Positions 22,181-35,000 of a stretch of DNA of 40,155 bases are shown here, one piece after another (the first letter of the stretch is position 1; the number at the start of each line of letters is the position of its first letter). The notes below the pieces were generated by a model. It was not told the DNA's origin. It was given only the letters and a program-made list of their open reading frames with translations, and did no database searches. A program made the position numbers and the translations under genes. Source of the DNA: Seison nebaliae (lineage: Eukaryota); the NCBI GenBank assembly GCA_023231475.1, contig JALJEE010001969.1, forward strand, positions 1-40,155. The letters are read 5' to 3'.

Positions 22181-23968
22181 TTACGATAAAGTTTGTAACT
22201 GTTGAAATATTGGATGGTTGAGGATGTTGTTGTTAAAGAAATCTTCATAATTCACAGTGCGATATTCCTCTTCGTCCAAATTAACGGTATCCTGCATCGT
22301 ATTTATACACTGGGCCAAGTCGTTGTTCTCGGAAAGTTTTTTAATTTCTTCCATATTATTTCTATAACGACATTCCACGTTCTTATTCAAGCCACTAATG
22401 AAAAATTGTTTTTGTGTATTAGTCAAAGAAACGTCTCGTAAGATATTGGAGAAGACTTTATGATGACAAAAATAACCAGCATATTCATATGACGATACGT
22501 CGAAAGATAATTCTACTTTCTTCTCAATTTTTTTCAGAACCGCCTCATATTCCATTCCAACAAGAGCAACCTCATCATTCCATATCATAGAGGTCGGATA
22601 GTTTAATGTACTAATGTCAAACATCGTTGCTACCAAAGAATAAATATCAGAAAACGGAGTCAGTATCATATTTTGTGATGCCTGCCTAGTCAATTGCATT
22701 AGTAATTCAGGTGAGGAATATTTCAAAATTTTTGATGAAGAATTTTGATAAATCCAATGGAATGCCTGTGTCACAGCATTATTGATGAATTTCACATCTT
22801 TCTCCATCAATTTCTCACCTGGCTTCCCTATTCGTACACTGCAATCGAAATGTCCAAGTTTATAATTACCGTTAGAATCATAAAATATGGAAGCGGGACA
22901 AATGGCATTATGAAGTATTCCCACATTACAGTGAAGAAATCGTAACGCTCGTTCCATCGAATAAAGTATGGGTAAAATTGCATCAATGGAATATCGTTGG
23001 CTACCGAAATTAATTGCATCTTCCATCGTCTCCAAACATTCGAAATTATATTGAAGTATCTGCGAAGAAGATGTTTCATACACATTTTCTAACGAACATA
23101 AGAATTTCTCAACGTGTTTTCCACTTAAATTTGTTCGCATTTGTTCGATGGACGACAATTTTGGACTACGTTTACTATCTTCTTTCACTTTCTTGCTAAT
23201 CAGTTTCATGTTTTCAACGAAATGATAACAATTCGGCAGGTTATTATCAACAACTTCCAAATAACGATAGTTCGATGTATTGGCAGATCTTCGACTTATT
23301 AATTGACTATTTCGCATTAACAATTGATCTGCCTTATCTCCACTAAGTTCGACTGGCGGTCTCGCCAATAGTCGATATTCTCCTTGGATATTCGTATCAG
23401 TTTTAGTCGTATTCTTCACAATGGTGAAACGGTTAGACTTGAACGTCTTCTCAGAATTTCTTATATAGGAAGAAGTTAAATGTTTCAAATTCAGCTTATT
23501 TGAAAGATATCGTTGCTCAATCTGGTAACAGAGTTTCTCAGACGAATCGATAGAATTATTATTGAAAATTCTCAAGTTGTAAATATCAGTCGAGTATTTG
23601 GGTGTCTTTTTCCTAGTGATAGTTGAACGTACAGCATTTAGCATAGACTTTATAGTTCCATGAGAATGTAGTAAATTTGTCGTGTTGCTCATCGATCGAA
23701 GAGCATCGAAATCTTCTTTTTCATCTTCTTCTTTCCCTTCTCCTTCATCACTGTCACTATCCTCTGATTTATCTTCTTCTATAATTTGTTTGTCGGTCTG
23801 ATAGGCATTGATTAACTGCTGATTTTTAAGAATTTCGTCATTAATATGTTCCTGATTATCTTCGGAATATTCTCCCTCTGAATACTTCCTCAACATTTCT
23901 TTCGCTATCAAATTTTCGACATCATCATCTGTTCCAGTTAAATGATCGGTTTGATAATATCCATCCAT
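22181..23968 (-). CDS. Pseudokinase with acidic N-terminus and SCY1-like catalytic-loop pattern (595 aa, single ORF)
   Basis: LRFLH..VGILHNAICPASIF...YKLGHFD...YSSPE...SDIYSL. Kinase subdomains VI-IX are present, with HRD changed to HNA and DFG changed to HFD. Confidence 0.75.
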   Translation of the reverse strand: MDGYYQTDHLTGTDDDVENLIAKEMLRKYSEGEYSEDNQEHINDEILKNQQLINAYQTDKQIIEEDKSEDSDSDEGEGKEEDEKEDFDALRSMSNTTNLLHSHGTIKSMLNAVRSTITRKKTPKYSTDIYNLRIFNNNSIDSSEKLCYQIEQRYLSNKLNLKHLTSSYIRNSEKTFKSNRFTIVKNTTKTDTNIQGEYRLLARPPVELSGDKADQLLMRNSQLISRRSANTSNYRYLEVVDNNLPNCYHFVENMKLISKKVKEDSKRSPKLSSIEQMRTNLSGKHVEKFLCSLENVYETSSSQILQYNFECLETMEDAINFGSQRYSIDAILPILYSMERALRFLHCNVGILHNAICPASIFYDSNGNYKLGHFDCSVRIGKPGEKLMEKDVKFINNAVTQAFHWIYQNSSSKILKYSSPELLMQLTRQASQNMILTPFSDIYSLVATMFDISTLNYPTSMIWNDEVALVGMEYEAVLKKIEKKVELSFDVSSYEYAGYFCHHKVFSNILRDVSLTNTQKQFFISGLNKNVECRYRNNMEEIKKLSENNDLAQCINTMQDTVNLDEEEYRTVNYEDFFNNNILNHPIFQQLQTLS

Positions 23969-24110
23969 TTGGATGGGAGAAAGGTGAGAATGAAAAATTG
24001 AAAATAAAATAAAATACTTTTTTCGTTTACAAAGAATTTTCTATTTTCTATTTGTTCTTTTCTATTAAATTAATTTGTTACATCGAAAATAAATAAATAT
24101 TTATATAATC

Positions 24111-25841
24111 ATGTCCTTCCTCAGTAACGAAAAAACAATGAAGAAAATGCAAAATTTCCGATCCTCATTTCTCCATATGAATCATGCACTTCTCGCTCGT
24201 AGTTGCTACATTGTCGACGAGAGAATTGTATTGCAAACTGAAAATAATTTACCACCATATGTTAGATTACTTTTCTCCTATCCGTCATATGTCGTCAACA
24301 ATGTTTGGTCGATCGGTTCCAAATCATATTTTACGGTAAAAACTTATACGAAAGTTCAAATGAAGAAATATGAAGAGGAAAGATTTCAAATTTTGCCATT
24401 CGGTTATATAAGAAATCGTCGTTTATCGGTTTTTAATCGGTTGCAGAAATTCATTCATTTATTAAGTGAGACGCCGTTTATTTTACGGTATCATTTTCTT
24501 ATTCAAACAAAACATCACATATTATTGGGAATAGAAATGTGTGCGGATCTTTCACTCGGTCATTTGTTGGATAATGAAAAGGAAATTCGATTAAATACTT
24601 CAGACATCAAATTCTTTATTATTCAAGTATTTATTGCTATACGATTCCTTCATTCCAATCATATTATTCATCGATCAATTGAACCGAATGCCATTAAATT
24701 AGATGTTAATGGCTATGTAAAATTAGCTGGTTTCGATAACGCAACAATGTTATCTCAATATATTCCGAAAACATATTCGATCACCGGTCGACCTGGTTAT
24801 ATTGCCCCGGAACAATTTAGTGGCAATGGTTATTCATATGAATGCGATTGGTTTTCTATGGCATCACTTCTCCATTACTTATTGAGAAGGAAACCGTTAT
24901 ATGAATCACAAATTATTTTTGATGCATTCGAAACTGATGACGATAATGAAACTTCTCGATTAAGTGGACAAGTAGCTGATGGATATTGGACGGGTTCTCT
25001 TGGACGATCAAGAATCAATATACCATCTGAAGTCATTCTTTATCTATTCGATGATACTTATGGTTTAGAAGACTTCCGTCATGAGAGCAATAGCGATATG
25101 ATAAAAAGGTTAAAATCGGCAATAATCTCATCCAATACAATGATTAATGGAGTATTGAAAACTTATTTTGAAAATTGGATAGAAACAGCATCAAGTCTTA
25201 ATCATTTTAATCGTATCACAACCATCTGGCATAAACAAGAGGTACATGACATGCAAACTTATTCATTTCTACTCTCTTTAGCTGCAATCGATCCAGAACA
25301 ACGTTGGTGTTCCAATGACGACCCATGTCAAGAAATCACTAATCGTCATTCATATGAGAATCACGAACCGTTAAAGAAACAAATGAAATTTCCATGTTGT
25401 TTTCCCAGACATGGCGAACGACGACCTGTATCTACTGCATCTGATTCAACAATTTATTCTCATGACATTAGATCAGTTGTGGAAAATCCATTGGAAATTG
25501 ATGATTATAAACAATATCGAACATTCGAACATCATTCTTATATCACATCATATCGATGGCACAGTTTAATTAATCGACAACTTCATTCACCTGTTGCCAC
25601 TTATTGTTCTCGACAATATGCTCATCCTGTTTTCGATCCAACTGAACATTCTCCTCTTTTTAGTGTATTGCCAGATCAAACCGAAATTAATTTTCGTGCA
25701 TCACAACGTGAAATTAAAGAAGCGTCCTTAGACGATTTTCCTGATATTCCCAATATCGAAGCGACGGAAACGGTTTTGAAACGAATTGAAACTCATCGAC
25801 CTGTAGTTGCCAGACAATCAACAAGAACTTATAAATTGTAA
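24111..25841 (+). CDS. AGC-like pseudokinase (576 aa, single ORF)
   Basis: PFIL.....QT....LL.IE, IRFLHSNHIIHRSIEPNAIKLD.NGYVKLAGFD, TYSITGRPGYIAPE, CDWFS. HRD is HRS, DFG is GFD, and there is no Gly-rich loop. Confidence 0.8.
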   Translation: MSFLSNEKTMKKMQNFRSSFLHMNHALLARSCYIVDERIVLQTENNLPPYVRLLFSYPSYVVNNVWSIGSKSYFTVKTYTKVQMKKYEEERFQILPFGYIRNRRLSVFNRLQKFIHLLSETPFILRYHFLIQTKHHILLGIEMCADLSLGHLLDNEKEIRLNTSDIKFFIIQVFIAIRFLHSNHIIHRSIEPNAIKLDVNGYVKLAGFDNATMLSQYIPKTYSITGRPGYIAPEQFSGNGYSYECDWFSMASLLHYLLRRKPLYESQIIFDAFETDDDNETSRLSGQVADGYWTGSLGRSRINIPSEVILYLFDDTYGLEDFRHESNSDMIKRLKSAIISSNTMINGVLKTYFENWIETASSLNHFNRITTIWHKQEVHDMQTYSFLLSLAAIDPEQRWCSNDDPCQEITNRHSYENHEPLKKQMKFPCCFPRHGERRPVSTASDSTIYSHDIRSVVENPLEIDDYKQYRTFEHHSYITSYRWHSLINRQLHSPVATYCSRQYAHPVFDPTEHSPLFSVLPDQTEINFRASQREIKEASLDDFPDIPNIEATETVLKRIETHRPVVARQSTRTYKL

Positions 25842-26011
25842 ATATCAAATGGAATCTATTTATTGGAAGTATTAAAATTTATTCTGGCTAAACCGGATGA
25901 TATTTAAAAAAAAAGAACTGCATAAATAAAAGAGCATACTGGCAAATCATAAGAAGGTTGAACTGAAAATAAAATGAGGAATATGATGAAAAATAAAATG
26001 TTTAATAAAAT

Positions 26012-29000
26012 TTACATTCGTTGATTTAAGGAATGAAAGAAACGATCGTTCTCACCACTAACATTCTGACACCGATCATCATAGAGACCTTTCACCTGTA
26101 CAATCGTTTCGCGAATATTTAAAGCTATTTCATAGGACAGAGCATTAAAAGTGAAAACTTTCTGCACATCTCGACAAATGATTTTGATCTTAAACTTTCG
26201 TTCGTCTTTGAAAGTTTTCTTAATATTCAGTTTCGTTTGTAATTGAACGAAATGAGAATATTTCTTCATAATGGCTATTTTCGTGTCTTGTTCTTCTACT
26301 AACTGAACATGTTTGATTTCAGGCAGTTGAATAATAGCTGACAAATATTTGAGAGATTGATCTCCACGTGTCAATATGTCAGTCTCATTAATTTCATATT
26401 TTTGTCCAATTGTCAATTCGTTCAATTTCTTCTCAAATAAATAAATACGCAAATTTGTCACCATAATATGAATGAGAATGTTATTCTTGATGATTATGAT
26501 ACTGGATAGATAAACTTCGATTAATTGTAATGAATAAATACTTAAATTATCTGTCAATTCTTCAAAATCTTTCTCGATACAATTGAGAGATGATTCACTG
26601 AAATAATTACGATCGAAATCGATCGACTGAAACAAAGAGCTGAAAGTTTCATATTCCAAATTATTTGTGTCATCTGATGAATGATCTTCCGAATTTGATT
26701 CAAAGATCTGTTTTTTTAATTCGTTGAGTGAATATTTGATGTGAGGAGAACATTGGTCGTGATAAATGTAAATGGATTTAACGTGACTCAAAATATTCTC
26801 TCGAATTAAATTAATAGATTTTAACAATTCGTATAATTTCATTTGAGACAATGCGTCCAATTGATTATAAAGAGGTAAACAACTATTTAAGGAATAACAC
26901 ACTCTTGGATATCTAGAGATTCGACTATAATCTTTTTCTGTATGAATGCACTCATCAGAATATATTGTTTCATTTCTTGTCATTGCCGTATCACGTACTG
27001 CATGTGCAATGCCTGAACCAAAATCCAGAACACCAACAACCGGTTTGGAAATGCTACCAATTAATCCTTTACCAAATCCAGTTATTAATCCAGAGAAACC
27101 AGATTGACTTGCTCCGTTAACCGTTTGGGAGAGAATTGATGTTAATCCACTTGCCAAACCATATCCAAGACCGAGAGTGCCGCCAATCATTTGATCGAAA
27201 CCCTTTTGGTTATGCATTTGTTTAATCCATTCTCTTGTTCGTTGATGTTGATCGTCCAGTGTAATATACCATGAAATTCCTTCTGATAATGAATTCGTTA
27301 TTTTCCCAGCTGATTTAGCCACTCCATGTGTAACGTTTTGTAGGAGTGAACCAAAATCACCAGTTCGAAAGAAACTAGTTAATCCATCATGAACATCTGA
27401 TAAGAGACCAAATGGCGATCCCAGAAAATCGACCGTTCCCAATATCATTAATGCTTGTAATTTCAATTCTCGACGATAATGTTCAATGAGATGATGTATC
27501 ATGAGAGATGATGTCAATTGAACATGACATAAACTGATTTTCTCTAATTGAATATTGGCATTCTCGAAATTGATGAGTGGAACGCCGAATTTCAATTTAA
27601 TTTGTAACAAATCCGATGGCATCTTCGTTTTAGGAGCAGTTAACATTGACAGTTTTAGGATAATGCGAGATATTTGGAGATTATTAAAATAAATAGAAAT
27701 TTCATTTGACCCTCTAATGACAAATTGAACGACGTCTATCAAATGATGATCGCGAAATGTTTTAATTGTCTCGACATCCTTCTTCCAATTCACAACGTCT
27801 TCAATATAATCGTTATCATGATTAATGTAGTTGACCTCCTTGACATAGTCGGTTGGCAATTTGAGATGAAGAATAAAACTAATTAATCTCCAGAGAAAAT
27901 CTTCAATGATCACAATATTAAGTTTAGGAGAACTGATGATGAATTCGTTGAAAGTTAAAATATTATCATAATTAGTAGCAACCGAACGGACTAAACTAAA
28001 ACATAAATTCAAATGTGGAATATCTGAAGTATTTCTTCCCGATTTATTTTTCTCTTTCGTTCTCTTATTAGAATTAGTCACGCATACTTTATTCATAATT
28101 GCTCCATCCAATACAGGACCAGAATGTCGTTCTTCCAACAATTCTTCATAACTACAATCAGCGTTTCCATCACTCTGTAAGAAAATTTGTCGATGACTAT
28201 CAAGAAACTGATTAATTCCAATCAATCGATTAACATACAGACAAACATTTATCTCATCGTTCAAAATTGTCAAATATGTTCGCACATGTTCCATAACAAA
28301 ATAAAGTATCTCATAAAATATCGTTTGACGACTTATCAAACTTAATCCAATTCCTTTCTCTAATTTTATATCTATTTGATGAATATATCTAACATTAGTG
28401 TTTGAAAGTAATCTCACATCTGAATTCGATCGCTGTTTATATAAGGACTTCATTAAACTGTTGTTGTTGTTGTTGTTATTGCTGGGAATATCGGATGAAT
28501 CGATGATTTCAATAACTCTTGTTGGTCCATCTGTTCGAATGAATACACGTAATTTATTTGATCCAGGATATTGTTTTCTCAATGAGAATCTTCTAATATT
28601 TGTCGTGATTTTGCTTAATCGTAATTTAATTTTTCCTTGTTCGATATCCACATAATATTTTTGAGAATTATTTGCTAATGTTAAAAAGAAAGTTTTATTT
28701 TCTACTTCCTCATCTTCTCCATCTATTTTACTTTGAAATGAATAAATGGAATTTGACTCTTTGTCGTGTGGTCGTTGAAAGATCCATTTTTGAGTAGAAT
28801 TCCTTTTTTCATTACTTATATTAATGACCAGTTTCATTGAATTATCTTTTCTTTCCATATCTAAAACTTTCGAAAGTTTATTATCAAATTTCACCGATTT
28901 CATATGAACTATTCGTCCATCTGATAATTGTTTCCATAATTGTCGACGATTGTCTGTTTGAAGTGAAGTTATAATAATCTCATCCAGATCATTCACATCC

Positions 29001-32000
29001 AATACCAATGGAGTTATTAACATATTCTTCTTATCCTTCACATTTATCAATTGATCTTTGACGATAATGTAAAATGGATTATCAAAACAAATGGAATTGA
29101 TCTCTCCGAAATTATCTGGATCACATATAACATAAGACGACGAGTTAACAGCAATTGAGAAAAGAGGTGGTTGCATTGGTTGATCGAGGGCTATGGGAAT
29201 AGATTTCATTGATTGAATTCGTGAAGAATAATCATCAAGAAAATTATGCGGAATTATTGAAAAAGCTTTATAACTTTTCTTGTTTAAAGAAGACGAAGAA
29301 AATTTCCTTGATTTCTTTTTAGAATTATCTTTGCGTAGATCATCGATATCGGCTGTATGATAACGATCTTCATCATGAATATTAACATTCGCTTCGAATT
29401 GTCTAATATAAATATTGACGTTGGAATAATTGTCAATACGATAAAGTGGTGCATCTCGATTGAGATCAGTCACCATCACATGAAATGATCCATCATGTAA
29501 TACGATGTCGATCTTCATATAAACGGCATGATGATAAATTGATTTATCGATAGGTAAATCTGAACGAATTCGTCGCAGAAGATGTTCAGATTGACGATAA
29601 TATTTCGAGTTATTCTTCGTAAATTCAGAAACATTCTCACAGATGGATCTTAAGACGAGTTGAGAGGATATCGGTTTATCGATACGAAAACCTTTCGTCC
29701 ATAATCCAACATAATCATCATTTGAAGAATGACGTATTCTTAATGATAGTAACATATCGAGATCAGATCGACTCCAATGGAAAGCAGTTGATGATTGTGC
29801 CATAATAACTAATTGATCATTTGAATTATGAGGTGTTCGTTGTTGTTCATTATCATGAACTAATGTAGTTGATGATAAATTGGATGTGGAATTGATGAAA
29901 CATAATTGTGAGAGTTGAATGTCGAATGATGATTGATTGAGAATAATATATCTCGAAGTGAAAGAAACGATGGTGGTATGTCTCAATAATCCATTTCCTT
30001 TCGTCGCATGTATACCAACGAAATATTCATGAATATTATTCCTCCTGTCCACTTTTAATGATCTCCAACAAACTGTTCCGGAAGTAATGGCGAATTCTTT
30101 TGACCAAATGGGATTTCCATCGTCATGAAGTCGATTACCGATTCTCATACGGCAAAATGGCGGTGCATTCATATCAGAAAAGGAGAATAATAATGGAGAT
30201 CGTTGACGAGCACATTCATTATCATCCATTTGTCCAACTGATATACGACATGATGCATCCATTTGTTGAAAGATTAAAGGTAAACCAGTTTTATTTAGAA
30301 ACCAATAATCACACGATATCGACAAAGTTAACGGCAATAAAGATGTTGATGACATTGTTGATGAATTGCGAGATATCCGAATATTCAAATACAAAATTCG
30401 TCTCTGTTCATCCACAATTGAATATGTTTCATTTTGAATAAGATTAGAGAATGTTGAATGTAACATATCATCTCTGTTTAATTCGAAAGTGATTGAAGTG
30501 ATTTCATCGAAATTCGTCGTTGTTTGAAATGGCATCGATTCTACCATCAATTTCATTTTGAGAAGAATATTCGATTGATCAGTTGGCAAATGAATTTGAG
30601 TGAAATCGATGGAATCGTTCGCCTTACACTCACCATACAACGGACTGGCTGATGATTCATGTAATTGGAATTTAATGTCAAAAGGAAGAAGATTATAAAT
30701 GATGATGGGCGACATTAATTCGATAAGATGACATGGTAAATTTAAACGATCAAATCTCGATATAATCGGAAGATGATTAGAACAAGCAATAATATTCGAA
30801 TAATTATTCGATTTCTCATTGATTCTAATATTGGTACAATATGAGTCTCTCAATAATGCATCGTGATATTTGAGAGATGATAAAATTCGTAATCGATCAC
30901 CACCAATAACTTTCCGTCGATAAATATTGATAGATTTCATCGATTTACATTCACTATTCGCATATTGGATTGGAATCGAATATAATTCGTTCGGACTGAT
31001 TTCATGTAATACACATTCTTTCCCTCCTTCCACCGTCAACGAAAATGGCAAATGATTATAAAATAATAAAGCTGATTGAATGTTGATGATTTTCATAGCT
31101 TGTTCATTCATTCGAATATTACATAAGATTTTTGCGAATACTTCTCTCTTGTCAGAAAATGAATCATTAACTTCTTTTTTTATGATATACATCATTGTTC
31201 CAATTCGATCGACATTAATCGGTTTATCAATACATTTCCATCCGTCAAGTTTTATGAGAATTCTTTGATTATTCTCAGAAATCAAATAATTCTTCTTTTT
31301 GATATATGCATCGAAACGTGAGAATTTCCTCAAGAAAGATGAATGATTAGGACAATTAATATCTAAAATATTATTCGTTTTCTTGAAAATTTGCAAACCA
31401 TAAAAACTGAAAGAACATTTATTTCGATTGTTCACTGTGATCCATGTGCAACTTTCATTTTTAGACGAACCAGAGAATTGTGAAAAGTAAAGTTTGCATC
31501 CTGTAAAATTTCTGATTTGGAATGGAATAAAAGGTTGACGCTCATTGGAGACGGTCTGTTTGGAAAGATCAATCTTCTTCAATTTTTCACTAGTCGTTTG
31601 AATCAATTGATAAATTGATTGAGTCAAATTCCAATTCATCATCTCATCGCTATGAAGGAGGAGACAGTGACGAATATTAAACAGTTTTGTAGTATTCAAA
31701 TTACTGTGAGAAGAATATAGAGAAGTGCTTCTACTCTCATTGATGGCTAAAGTGGAATGTTGAATATTAAGTTTCTTCATCACATTCTTCAATCGTTCTT
31801 CCATATTACACGTCGATGGTTTACGAGGTAATGAGATTGTCGTCTCATTATTAAAATCGATTAATTGCTTATAATGTACATCAATCGACCATGGTTCCAA
31901 TAATGGTTCCCAACCACTCTCTAATCGGTTATAATAATAAATTGACATCATAATTGAGAGAGCGAATCGACTATGATATAAGTTGAAAGGATTCAGTTTT

Positions 32001-35000
32001 CCATGTCGATTATATAGAATTGGTGTATGTAGATTGAGTTTTATGTCTTCCAAGATTAATTCGCCAAGAGGTATATCGGATGAATCCAAATCATCAATGA
32101 GACAAATACTCATTCCTTCACAATATATTACAATTTTCGATTTTTCATTATTCGATAATACTGTTAAAAGATTAGACGATTTCATTTCATCTTTCTCTCC
32201 TTTTTTCAAATCAGTTCCACATGAATAAGAATAATGAAGGGCAGTACTCTCTTTGAGAGAAGTGATGATGGACATGATCATACGAACATCATGATATGAT
32301 AATCGGACAATAATCGGATTCATTACAATCTCCCAATTCTCTCCATATTCAAATGAACGTTCCATATCAATTTTGGGAATGATATCGATTAACAATGACA
32401 TTTCTTCCAAGAAGATGGTGGAGGCATTATCTTCAGTCGAATGCATCTTGATCGATGACAATTGTATTTTATCTAAATTCAATGAGAGTGATGCAGCTGG
32501 TAATGAGTCTGTTAGTATCATCATTTTCTTCGACAGTTGCCCATTCAATTCAAGAACAATTGCCATCGATTCAATATCAGTCAGATCTTCTATGAACACT
32601 AATTCGAAATTATTCAAATTTATTTGAATTTTCTCCTTTTTATTAATGAAATGAATTTCATTATCTTTCTTTTTATTCATCTCATCTTTATCTATTTCCA
32701 TTAAAATAAATTCTTTCAATTTCATCAATAATTCAGGAATAATAATGACCGTCGCTTCATTTATCATATAAGACGAGTTGACTTCATGATTATTATTGGA
32801 AAAGATGTTCATTTCAAATCCATTCGATTTAGTAATACCATCTCTTGGCAATTGTATAAAACTACAGAATTTATTTTTATGCATTTCGCTATTGTTTGAT
32901 GAACGGGAATCATCGAATTTCACAGAAGAAACATGAAAATTAAATTGATCCGATTCGTCTGAATTCTTCAAATAAGATAAAATACAATTCTCACAATTTA
33001 AACTAGCGAATTTCTGATGAGATTCAAATAAGTTGATAATAATCTTTGAGAATAATAAATCGATTTGGAATGTTCTGTGCATCATTTTGAGCAAATCATC
33101 AACGACGATATTTGTAATTTGGAAACAAACTAAATCTTTCGATAAATTTCGATAATGACTCTCACCAACAACTTCTCTCCTTTTTCCCAATTCACTTTCA
33201 AATGAATGATTTGGAATATTTGCTCCAATATTCTCCGATAATATTCGTCGTATCAATAAGTAATCCGATTGTTCAATATTCAAAGTTAATCGGGAGAAAT
33301 CAGAATAAATAAGAAAATTGGCGTCGCTCGTCAACCACTGAGTTCCACGTGAAACATCTAAATTGCGCAGAATAACAAATTTGATTGAATAACTAGAATC
33401 GATCAACGACCGTGTATTATTGAATATTTCCTCTGTATCTGATTCACTTTTTCGAATAATATTCTCGTAATTCCCATCTATTTCACACACTAACAACTTT
33501 GTATTATTCAATTGAATTTGCATCACGTCAATTAATGAACAATAAATATTATCTTCTAATGTTTTCGAAGAGAAATCGTTTAACGACTTCTTCGAATACT
33601 GTTTCGATCTATTTCGAAATCGTTCGAAAACCGATTCGGGTTTAATTCCATCATTAATCATCAACAATGATTCTTTCTTGATAGTTGAGTTTGGTCGACC
33701 AGTGTTCTTTATGGCGTTCATCTGCCAAATATAGGCAATATTCTCTTCGAATGTAAGAGAGGAATGAGAGGCATGATTCAATGAGACGATCGGTTTGAAT
33801 TCATTTACGATCAAAAATTGTCCCGGTTCAAATACGAGACATTTAGTAGACGAATTGTTCATCGGAATGATAATTATCGGTGAAGATATTTGGATATTAT
33901 AAGAGATTCGTTTGGATGTTTGAATTTTCTTCATATATCGTTTCATGTCAATGTGATCTAATTGGAAATGTTGTTGTAATTGTTCGAATGATTGTGCTGA
34001 TCTAATCTGATCCATCACGTTCAATGTCCCTGTAAATTCGTCAATCAAATTCAATAACTGTTTTATTAATAAATGTGAATGAATATAAATTAATTCATTC
34101 AACTTACCTTCAACAATAATATCAACTGACCGTTCCGATCGAATTCGATCATCAACAAACTTCTGATTAATTTTATTCATTAATAAATCTTTGATATCAT
34201 TACTGTTATTCTTGTTATTGTTGTGATGCAAATAATGATCATGAGAAATAAGAAGAATTTCCAATTCAAATAATTCTTCATTCATTTTGTGAAATAATCG
34301 TTTATTATATATTTTCCCACCAGAATAAAATGAATTATCAATTAATTCCATCGATTTCATTTTCATTGAAAATTTCGTATATTCTTCCGATCTCCTTCCA
34401 TTTGTCTCTCTTAAATAAATCTTATGTTTCTGATCTATCAATTTCAATTGACGACAATCCGTTTGATTCACAAATAACTTCGAACGGAATCGATTAATTT
34501 TGACAGTAAATAATTGTTGAGGAGATGGGAAGATGACATGAAAACGAAATCGTTTCATTCGAAAAGAAACAAACATTCTCTCATCCATTTCAACATGATT
34601 GTCAATGTCGATATAAGTCTCTTTCCCAATAGATTTCCGACTTGGAGGAATCGAATTACCCAAATTGAAAATATCGAACACGAGAGCCATCGTCTGGGAA
34701 TTGAATAAAAGAATAACGTCATCAATCTTTATCCAAAAATTGATATGATTTCTTCGATACTTCTCTTGGTAGTCTGGATGTTTCTCATCGACGATTACGA
34801 GATCGATGATAATTGAGGAAAAATCATTATCTTTTTCAACTTTCTTATTTGAAGGCACTTTTGTCATCTTCTTAGTTGGATGAAAATAATTATGAGAAGA
34901 TAAGGATCTTGGTAAACTAAAAGCACGACGTTCCACCGACCTCAATTTATTAGAAATATTTTTCGTTTTCATTAAACTTTCATTATTCTGAAGAAGATCA

